This document shows positions 51,081 to 61,284 of a DNA stretch of 64,000 bases, piece after piece (position 1 is the first letter of the stretch; the number at the start of each line of letters is the position of its first letter). The position numbers and the translations under genes were made by a program. A model generated the notes under the pieces. It was given only the letters and a program-made list of their open reading frames with translations. It was not told the DNA's origin and did no database searches. The DNA is from Octopus bimaculoides (taxonomy: Eukaryota): NCBI RefSeq assembly GCF_001194135.2, contig NC_068981.1, positions 101,887,449 through 101,951,448 on the forward strand. The letters are read 5' to 3'.

Positions 51081-51540
51081 ATGCATACAAATACTCACAT
51101 GCACGCACTCACACACACACACACACAAATATGTGCACACACACACACACAAATATGTGCACACACACACACACATGAATGCAGGCATGCTAGGTGGTTA
51201 AGAAGTTCAATTTGCAATCATGAATTCTCAGGTTCAATCACACTACATAGTATTTTGAAAAAGTAGTTTTTACTGTAAGCTCATCTCTTGTGGGTAAAAT
51301 TGGGAAGACAGAATGTGTAGAGGCATGTCAAAAGGACTGTAGCTGGAATTCCAAGGAATAGCCCAATCCACACTGTTTCATGTTAATCCTGCCTAAGAAT
51401 TACCTTAATAATACACTTATCTGTGGAATATTCAGCCACTTATATACTAACTAAATGAGTGGCTAATTCAGTTGATGGTATAAATGATTGCTCATTCTGG
51501 AAACTAGAAGAGGATCCATTAATTAACTACACGGAAAATA

Positions 51541-51587
<47 letters not shown>

Positions 51588-51927
51588 TATATTNNNNNNN
51601 NNNNNNNNNNNNNNNNNNNNNNNNNNNNNNNNNNNNNNNNNNNNNNNNNNNNNNNNNNNNNNNNNNNNNNNNNNNNNNNNNNNNNNNNNNNNNNNNNNNN
51701 NNNNNNNNNNNNNNNNNNNNNNNNNNNNNNNNNNNNNNNNNNNNNNNNNNNNNNNNNNNNNNNNNNNNNNNNNNNNNNNNNNNNNNNNNNNNNNNNNNNN
51801 NNNNNNNNNNNNNNNNNNNNNNNNNNNNNNNNNNNNNNNNNNNNNNNNNNNNNNNNNNNNNNNNNNNNNNNNNNNNNNNNNNNNNNNNNNNNNNNNNNNN
51901 NNNNNNNNNNNNNNNNNNNNNNNNNNN

Positions 51928-52708
51928 TAATATTTGACATCTGTTTCTAAAATATTCACTACATCAATTCATGTGCATTTCTAACTTTTAATGTCCCACT
52001 CTGTTTAAAAAGAAACTATCGTAAACAATAAAAATTTAAATATGTGAAGTATTATTACAGTTATATAATAAAAAGGAAGCTAGCTAGACTTCTACCTATA
52101 CAGGTACAATATAAGATAATTGAAAAAAAACAGAAGGGTAAAAATACCGCTTGCTAAAAATCAGAGTGACAGCTTAAAAAAATCCACCAATCTTACAATA
52201 AATATACCCTTCTTTTTTCAATTATTTTATCTTGTACCTGTATAGGTAGAAGTCTTGCTAGCCACCTCATTATTACTGTTTATAACGGTAATAATACTTC
52301 ACATATTAAAATTTTTATTGTTTACAATAGTTTCTTTTTAAATGGAGTGTGACGTTTAAAGTTAGAAATGCACGAGTTGTTGTAGTGAATATTTTAGAAA
52401 CAGGTGTCAAATACTATTTCCAACTGACGATTGCAGAGCATGAAATCAATTGATATAAGGATATGTATTACTTATCTTCATATTCCATTCTGAAGGTAAG
52501 CCTATTTTTTTGAATGTTCATTGCATTGCTCGTGTGTATGTTTCTTGTAAGATTAGTTGTTCTTTGAAGCTGTTGCTTTGATTTTTAGCAAGTGGTATTT
52601 TTATCCTTCTTTTCTTCAATTATTTTATCTTGTACCTGTATAGGTAGAAGTCTTGCTAGTCACCTCATTATTACTGTTTATAATGGTAATACTACTTCAC
52701 ATATTTAA
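51928..52708. mobile_element. ~397-bp monomer in inverted plus tandem arrangement with a hammerhead-like motif (pLTR / non-LTR retrozyme-like)
   Basis: 51928-52140 is the reverse complement of 52205-52416. 52602-52708 directly repeats 52205 onward. 52561-52601 is the reverse complement of the spacer. HHR-like motif at 52417-52461. Confidence 0.75.
52417..52461 (+). ncRNA. Minimal hammerhead-like motif
   Basis: ctgacga (52424-30), tgc/gca stem II, gaaa (52442-45), palindromic stem III tcaattga, triplet AUA ending at 52455. Stem I is mismatched. Confidence 0.5.
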
Positions 52709-52729
52709 ATATATATATATATATATATG

Positions 52730-53498
52730 GGAAAATAAAAGATAATAATAATAATAATAATAAGGCAGAATGCTAAACTGAAAGCATGTTTTAATATAGA
52801 TGTGCATAAGGAGGATTAAAAAAGATTTCTAACCGGCTTTCATTGCATGGAAAATTTTCAAGAAGAGGGAAAATGAAAATAATGCTTTTTTACAAAAATA
52901 TAAAATATATATAAAAAATAAACATACCAATACATTATATTGTCTTTGAGTTTTTAAAGTTCAATGGTAATCCATGTAGATAATTGTTAGATAGATTAGG
53001 ATGCATGGAACTAAGAATGCTGATGTGTTTGAAAAAGGCTGAGAGTTTGTGTGTTAAACAGGAAGTGTGGTGTCAAAACAGGAAGTGTTTGTAAGGGAAG
53101 ACAATTATGTGGGTTTTATACTCTTTAGTTGGAGTTCTAGACTCTTTGTCAACAGGAAGTTTATGTCTGTTCTTAGAGAAACAAGAAGTAAATTTATATG
53201 TATTTCAATGGGTAGGTGAAAGAAGGGAATATGGTCACCAAGGAGTTTGTATGGTAAGAAGTGTTTGGAATTTCTCTATAAAAAGATTCTCCTATAATGT
53301 ATTGGTATATTTGTTTTTTTTATATATATATTTTTTATATTTTTGTAAAAACCATTATTTTCATTTTCTCTCTTCTTGAAAATTTGCCATGCATTGAAAG
53401 CCGGTTAGAAATCCTTTTTAATCCTCCTTATGCACATCTATATTAAAATATGCTTTCAGTTTAGCAGTCTGCCTTATTATTATTATCTTTTATTTTCC
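52730..53498. mobile_element. Fold-back element (~210-bp arms, ~350-bp spacer), possible Penelope-like remnant
   Basis: 52730-52939 is the reverse complement of 53293-53498. The spacer on the minus strand encodes ENLFIEKFQTL, reminiscent of the end of a PLE GIY-YIG domain. A decayed HHR-like motif lies at 53373-53410. Confidence 0.65.
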
Positions 53499-53556
53499 TG
53501 TTATTTCTCCACATGCGGTTAACACAACCCCACCATTTACTGACTTATATATATAT

Positions 53557-53706
53557 AGGTGTAGATATGGCTGTGTGGTTAAGAAGTTTCCTTTGCAACC
53601 ATGTGGTTTTAGGTTCAGTCTCACTGAGCAGTGCCTTGGGCAAGTGTCTTCTACAATAGCCAACCAATGCCTTGTGAAGAAATTTGATAGAAACTGTGTG
53701 GAAGTC

Positions 53707-53782
<76 letters not shown>

Positions 53783-53970
53783 TCGTATGCATTTGTCTCT
53801 CTAATTGTCCCCTTGCCACTTGACAACTAGTGCTTGTTTACATCCCTGTAATTTAACATTTCAGTCACAGAGATCGATAAATTAAGTACTAGACTTAAAA
53901 AAAGTATAAGTACTGGACTCAATATGCTTGTGTAAACCTTTCAAAGTGATGCCTCAGCATGGCTGTCTCT
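53557..53970 (+). mobile_element. SINE family A, diverged, with an expanded (TA)n linker
   Basis: Head atggctgtgtggttaagaag...ggttcagtctca, ggcaagtgtcttctac, and a diverged 3' half. Confidence 0.75.
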
Positions 53971-53990
53971 TTATCACCATTCTATATATA

Positions 53991-54819
53991 CAGAGTGTGA
54001 TGGGTAAATTGTTGCCATTTTATATTTTTAATTTTGCGGATTATTTGATTTTGAATTTGTCGATTACACAGTATAGTAGGGTCAGCTGGATACTGTCAGT
54101 GAGAAAAACAGCAGCATGACGCAATTTCCTCTACCAGGAATTTGGAAATGACATGCTGTACTGCTTGACATTTGTACTGGAGGCTTCAATATGAACATTT
54201 CAGAGTGATGCCTCAATCTGAGGATATGTAGCAAGAGTGATAATCAAACGTCCATTCAAATTCATGGTGTTTGGAATGATCACTAGTGATGGCGGCGTTA
54301 TGCTTCCATTCATCTTCCCACACAGCCTCAGACTCAACACAGAGGCCTACATCAAGTGCCTGGAGGAGGTAGTGTTGCCTTGGATGAAGAGGGTGGTTGC
54401 TGGAAGACCCTATGTCTAGTAACAGGGCTCTGCACCATGTCATACAAGCAGGAGAATACAGTCATGGCTGTCAGACAATTTTTGCGACCACATCACTCTA
54501 AACATCTGGCCACCTAACTCCCAAAACTGTGTGAGGTGCAGTTGAATGAGAGACCAGCAAAACTCCTTGTAACACCAAAGATGAACTGAAGGCAAGGATT
54601 CATCAACTTAAACAAGGAGACCATCCAGTAGAGTTGCAGGAAATTCCGAAGTTGTCTGGAGGCCGTGGTTGAGGCCATGGCAATTTTATTGAATAAATTT
54701 ACTCTTCAGTATTTCAAGATATTTTAATGTAATTTTGGTAAATATATCTGTTAAAATGAGATGTCAGTGTAATTTTCGTTTTTGCGTAATTTAGATGACA
54801 GTTTATTCATCACATCCTG
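53991..54819 (+). mobile_element. Tc1/IS630-like transposon, internally deleted, both termini present
   Basis: TA|cagagtgtgatgggtaaattg...agtttattcatcacatcctg termini. Encodes FMVFGMITSDG...LNTEAYIKCLEEVVLPW...RPYV*QQGSAPCHT...IWPPNS...NTKDELKARI. Confidence 0.85.
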
Positions 54820-57085
54820 TGTGTGTGTGTATGTGTGATATTATGACAGGCTTCAATCAGCTAGTTTCACTCACAAGGCATTATTCAGTCTGAGGCTATA
54901 GTAGAAGACATTTGCTGTTGGTGCCATGAAACATGATAGAATCCAACACCCCATGGTTAGGAAGTGAGCTTTTTCATCATACGGCCCTGCCTATGTCTCA
55001 GTCAGTATTCATTTACAGCTGGGTTGATGGAGCAATCTGAGAGTTAAGTGTTCTGACATAGAACACAGTGCCAAAGATAAAACATAATCTCTCAACTGGT
55101 TTTCTGCTATGCTTTCCATTCAGCCATCCCTGCTCTCCAATATACTATAGTTACTATGTTAACTTACTTTACCATTCCACTATTAATAACTGGCCTAGTG
55201 CCTGTATGAGAAATCAATTGATTATTATACTCTTTGTTTACAAAACATTGGCCATGTGCCTAGTCAAAGCGAATAACAAAATCAATTGTTCCAAAATGTA
55301 AGAATGAAACATGGATAGCTGAAGATTACAAACACAGTAATTGATCAAGAAATTTCTATTCAGCTGGTCCATTTGCTTAGATGTAAAACAGTGGTATGTT
55401 CAAATATTTACTTGGCTTTTACATCTCAATCAAGAATTCTTAGATAGGCATGACACCTTATGATTTATAGATGTTGTGGTTTAACCACAGGCTAGTCTTG
55501 ATTGAGGAGACTTTGATCAGAAGTGTTTCAGATGAAATCATGTCTTTTCGTATACCAGAACCTATATTACCCAGAGTGTTATTATTTAAGACAGTGAGGT
55601 ATAACTGGAGAAAAAATTTGGCTGCTGTTTCTAACAAGTTGAGCAGTTGTGGAGACACTGTCAAAAATATTGATTATAAGCCTCTGATGAATTGTTCAAA
55701 TTGCTAGAAAATAAAAGCTAAATCACATTCTGTTGTTTTGAATAAAGATAAACACATTGGATAATATTTTCTTAGAAACCTTTGAAAAGACAGGATGCTC
55801 ATGGATGGAGTGTCTTTAATCATAGGTCTGTTGGATCAAGGCAGATCTGAAGCTAAACAACAACAATATAACAATCGTTATGAATATGACAAAGAAAGAT
55901 GACGATGATGACGATGACAGCGATAACATTGATGACAAGGTTAACAAGAACAAGAAGGAAAACAACTACAGCACTGACAAAACATTGTCAGGAATTATGT
56001 GTGATGCCAGAAATCAATGAGAGAACTGCATGCATGGCAACAGTTTCCAGATAACTGACAGAAGGAAGAATAGAAATGAATGATTGATTTTTGTTTGTTT
56101 TCTTTTTTCTTCATCTTTCTTTAAAAGTACTTATGGAACACGTCATGTGACCTTGTAGGTTTTTGTTACAATATTATGGATCTTGAAATACTTTAAAAAG
56201 AAATTGGATATCCTTTGCATTCTCATTGATATGGAAGCTGCCAGCAACATACATTTTCACGTTTGTCACTGTTGCAATATGATTACAGAATAAACCTTCT
56301 TTGATTCTATCATTAGTGAAAAGTATCACAGTGCCACAAGCTGAATCAATAGAGGTGGCAGACTACATAAGGGTTCTGGTTCATGTTATCTCACTGACTA
56401 ACACTACATTAATGCCAGTCAAGAGACTTCTGCATAAAACAATTGTAAAAAGGTAGCAAAGGATGTCAGAAGTTGTAGCACAATAAACATTGATGAGTGT
56501 TTCATTAGTTTACAGTACTGGGTTCAAATATTTATGCTGCTATAGTTTACCTCACAAAGGGTTAACTTCTATAGCCTTACTTTGGAACCAGGTTGCTTGG
56601 AAAGGACTCTAGATTTATTTTGCTAAATATTTAAAGAAAACTTCTATGTGTTTGTAAGAAATAGTAGCCAAATCTCCCAAAAATCACACCTTACCATCCT
56701 AGGAAAAGCACACTGGATAATGTAGACCTAGATATAATATCTGGTAACAAAAAAGAAGGCAAAATTGGAATGGGAATGGTTGAAATACCTGCCGGATCAA
56801 GAATAAAACTGATGTGTAAATTGATACTTTAGAATGCTATGATCAATGCCTGTATTATATAATTAACAAGTGTTTGTTAATTTGATGTGGACATACTCAT
56901 TGGGTCAAAAGAAGGTAACAAGGACTGGTTGTAGAACTCAGCTTTAGACAAGGGGTTACCACACATCTTAGATCAGTTTTCTCATTGGATAGATCCACTC
57001 GTTCTATTTATAGATTGCATGTGATTGCTACAGTAAAGAATTCACCAATAGGAGAATACTAGATTCAACAATGTTCATTTCATAG

Positions 57086-57213
57086 GTCTGTCATCATCTC
57101 AAGAAAAGATCTTCCATTGAGTCAGTGAGAACGGCAGTCAGCCATATGCAAAAGACAAATTTTGTAAAAATCAATGCCAGCCATGCTAATGTTTTGGAAT
57201 TTGATGAGAAACA
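57086..57213 (+). CDS. Candidate internal coding exon, product unknown
   Basis: Acceptor gttcatttcatag|, donor CA|gtaagg, 128 nt. Only frame 0 is open: VCHHLKKRSSIESVRTAVSHMQKTNFVKINASHANVLEFDEK. Confidence 0.4.
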
Positions 57214-57698
57214 GTAAGGGTTTCAAATAAAAAGAATAAATAAATAAAAGTAAAATTTTGTATAACAGTCATCTTTATAGCATGATAATCTGCATTGAAC
57301 AGTCCCATAAAAATGTCACTGCATCAAGAGAAATTTTACAATTTGAGATTTAAATTAGTTTCTAATTTTTCACTCATTCCCAAACATTTTTCTTTTCTTC
57401 ATCCCATGTAAAACTAGTAGCCATTCAGTTATTCCAAAGAAAACTGACTCTGTAAAATGCATTAAAATGAGAAAATTAGCCATTAACTTTAAAATTGCTT
57501 GAAAATGAAAAACGAACTTTAAAAAGAAATTAAATAAGGAACACAAATAAGAAATGTGTAACCTATTATTTTGTCTTTTGTTGTTTCTCTTCTTGAAATC
57601 TTCATTCCTTGCATGGTCAAATTCTTTGAAGTATGTTGAGTAATGTACTTCAAAGAAGGCTGTTATATTTTCTTTATGTGAACATATTATAATTACAG

Positions 57699-58008
57699 GC
57701 TGTGTCTCCCACTTGATCCAGTGGAACTCACAAACACACAATCAAACCAAAATAACTGCAACATCAATAAGCGAACTAAGTTTAAGCTCGGTGCTACGTT
57801 ACTAACCAGCCACCTCCTGTGGCAATGGGCAAAGTCCCTTCCTCTAGACATCTCACTCCCCAAACGCTATAACCAAATCCAATTTGTAAAGTCATTAAAA
57901 ACACCAAAGGTTTTGAATCAGAAGAAAATCTCTTCATTGTTGTTTGAGCCATTAGAAAAAAAACAAAAAAAAAACAAATCATCATCAAATTTCTCCCTAA
58001 GTAAATAA
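57699..58008 (+). CDS. Candidate terminal coding exon, phase-compatible with 57086-57213
   Basis: Acceptor ataattacag|G completes a CAG codon and opens the longest frame (LCLPLDPVELTNTQ...SLSK*). No recognisable domain. Confidence 0.3.
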
Positions 58009-58879
58009 GGAAAGAACATATTAATCCTTTAACATTCAGATTTCTTTGTCAAATGTAATATTTATTTTTTTCACATTGATTTGAATTAATCATACATTAT
58101 CTTCTAGCTTCAAGATTTCAATGGTGCATTTGTTATATTTTTAGAATAGCATTACATGTATCTGGTTGGTTATAACATAAAACAGGTAGAACATTTGGGC
58201 CGGATATGGCTGGATTAAATGCTAAAGGTTTCAATAATGTAGTCCTAGATACTCCTAAAAAGACAAGTTGATCATGATTGTAATGCTTTTGACCAGGGCT
58301 TAGCTGGAGCTAAAGATCAACAGCAAAATCAATGTCAGTGCTTATGGGTCAATGAGGAATATCTGTGTGGTCACTGCATCTGTGACAAATAATAGCTAAA
58401 CGCCCATAGCATATATTCTACCATCTTAAAACAAGCATGCTGATATACAGAAAGACAGGATGGTCAAGTTTGAAATGTCTGCTCAGTCAAAGCTAAACAA
58501 CTCTCCATAACCCCCAAACACATGCAGTCTCTAATTCCTTACAGTGATTTAGAAATATTTTGATCTTTAAAAGTTACTAGATATTTCATCTACAAAGTTT
58601 GTAAGGAACTAGAGACTGAAGAGACTGGATGGTAAAAGATACAAAATATCACTAATATGTCTTAATAGTTTGATTCATTGCTTGTGTAAACTCTACTGAA
58701 CACTGCAATGTATTGACTCAGAGTTTAGCATAATTGCCCATATTAAAAACAAATGTATGTACATAAGTTTATGCTACAGTTTTGCATCTAGGTATCTGAA
58801 CATAAGCTATTTGTTTCAGTCATTGGATTGTGGGGATATTGAAGCACTGCCATGAAGGGCTTAGGTGAGCAAATTAACT

Positions 58880-59160
58880 TCAGTATTTATTTTTTCAAGT
58901 ATTATACCTATTTTAACAATCTGTTTTGCCAAGCTGCTAAGTTACAAGAACCTAAGCAAACCAACATCAGTGGTAGCAGAAGGTGGAAGCAAACTCAGTA
59001 CAAAGATGTGATAGACTTCTTTAAGTTTCAGCTCACAAGGCTTTGGTCAGTCTGAGGCTATAGTAGAAGACATTTGCACATGGTACCATGTAGTGGGACT
59101 GAACCCAAGATCACATAGTTGGGAAGCAAGCTTCTCAACCACACAGCCATGCCTGCATCT
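58880..59160 (-). mobile_element. SINE family A, diverged. Further partial copies at ~2745-2935, 9655-9770, 23585-23690, 31130-31290, 33745-33870, 43950-44075, 51185-51320, 54845-54995
   Basis: cacaaggctttggtcag..gaggctatagtagaagaca...gggactgaaccc...accacacagccatgcc. Confidence 0.8.
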
Positions 59161-61068
59161 ATTATGTGAATTATCTTCATACTTTGAAGAAATCAGGCAA
59201 GGGCAGGTACAGTAGCAATCTTGTTAATTTATAAAAAGAATATATCTACATGTCCGTATGTTTGCAAGCTTCAATTTGTTCTCTACAAATTTGCACTGAG
59301 GTGACTAAAATTTTGCATAAGGGCACATCATTTTAAGGAGAAAATGAGAAGCTATGTGACTTTATTGACATTCTGTTAGTCTGGGTATCACAAGCGAAAC
59401 TACATCTATCTATTGCACAAGAGTTTCCTCCCATCCAGTAGCTACCCTGCCAGTTGGCATAACACTTACCCATCCTTAATTTACTGACCTTACTGACTCA
59501 GAATGGTCAGTAAGCACTTTGTGTCATTTATCATACAATGACAGTATTACTTAGATGCCTTTGCTGCCTCACCACTCAGTATTCTTGCATTCAAATAATC
59601 TGACAGGTTTCTTGTGTCTATGAAAATTTCAGTAATACGTACCCAAGTCAAATATTAATACAAACATTTAACCTCCACAACATGAGTTTACTGCTAATTT
59701 CTTTTGCTTGTACACCCATGTGTGTTGTGTGTGTGTGTGCGTGTGCTTACACACACACACACACACACACAAATAAGAATGAGTCTATAAATACACAAAC
59801 ACACAATGTACACACATATACATGTAGAAGAAGCAGATGATGATGATGATGACAATAATATTTGGAAAAATCTCAAAGTGCAAGACATCATAAATTATTT
59901 TTTCCCAACTTAGTTTTTAGTTTCATTCGCAGGAGTTTTGCCAGAAACACTTTTAAACATTGCTGCCTTTATTTGTGTTTAATATTTAATGTTTCTTTCT
60001 TTAAATTATTATTTTTTTTTTAATATTTGTTCATTTTTACTGTGATTGTTGTAGTGATCAGACCAAGTCTGCAGGCCTCCCTTTTGGTAGAAGCTGATTA
60101 AAAAGAATTACAAATGCAAGTTAAGCATGCTGGAGTGCTATGATTCAGTCTGGTCAAGATGTGTTATAGACATTTTTGGCAAGGAAGATACAGTCAGAGC
60201 ATGTCCTATAGAGTAAGTTTGTGTTTTGCTTTTATTGCTTAGTCAGTGAAGGTGTGCGGCCTAGTGGTTAGGGCGTCACACTCATAATCACAAGATCATG
60301 GTTTCAATTCCCAGTCTGGGAGATATGTTGCGTTCTTGAGCAAAACACTTCATTTCATATTGCTCTGCAATCACTTCAACATCTCTCTCATCATTCTTCC
60401 AGGGCAATGCCTTTTCCATTTTGTCTGCTGGGGCCATGAGAAATGTTTCTTGATAAAGATATATAAACAAGAAACAAAAATCTTTTGCCATGTGGAAAAA
60501 ATAGTAGAATGGACACCACCTTAGGTATCCCCAAGCTTTCAAGTGCTTAAAACCCTCCTGAACATCTGACATGTGGCACACCGTACACCTATACAGGCAA
60601 TGTCATTTTGATGGAGAGAATGAGCTTATGTACAGCACAAACATTTGGTCCCTATAAACAACTCATCTATGCAGGTTGTTCAGCAAGAAATTGTGGAATA
60701 ATCTTTTTTAAATTGAGAGATTACCATTTAATTAATTAGTCAGGAATTATAGGTAGTACCCATGATCCTTAATTGGCTTCCAAGACTGATGGGAAGGAAG
60801 AAGCTATCCTCAAATTGGATATCTGGCTTAAGTGTTTGCATTAGAGTGGACTATGCCAGAGGTACCCCACAGGCCAGGTAGTAGAGTTAAAATAAGCAAC
60901 AGATTAAGTTTACTAAGTTGGCTACAGAAGGATTCAAAGAGCTGTAACAAATACCAATGATCAGCTAGTCTGTTACTTTAATGATTCCACCAATCTGCTG
61001 CCAAAAATAGTTCCTTATTTAGCATTCTTGGAAGGAAGAAAGACAAAGTTGACCTTGTCTGAATTTAA

Positions 61069-61284
61069 CCCTTTTGTTATCATATTTCTCTTGAAATACA
61101 TTGCCTTTATTTAATTAATTGTGAAAATAATGAAGTGTTTCATAAAATAAGTTAGCTATTAATAAGCTAGCGTTCGGAACATAAACCAACATGTAATTTT
61201 GATGGAAGATTTTAATTTAAATTGCTTTAAATAAGAAAGTTTATATAAAACAGGGCAGTTGAAGGCAGGCTGGTATAAAAAGTG
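61069..61284. mobile_element. Second piggyBac-like MITE family, with a half copy in the opposite orientation at ~13173-13305
   Basis: TTAA|cccttttgttat...gtataaaaagtg|TTAA. The internal gttcggaacataaa...ttttgatggaaga matches the reverse complement of 13255-13300. Confidence 0.65.

Noticed and set aside
530-51959. Long ORFs containing X runs or HT/YI/CV dipeptide repeats
   Set aside because: They arise from N gaps and (CA)n/(TA)n/(TG)n microsatellites and are not coding.
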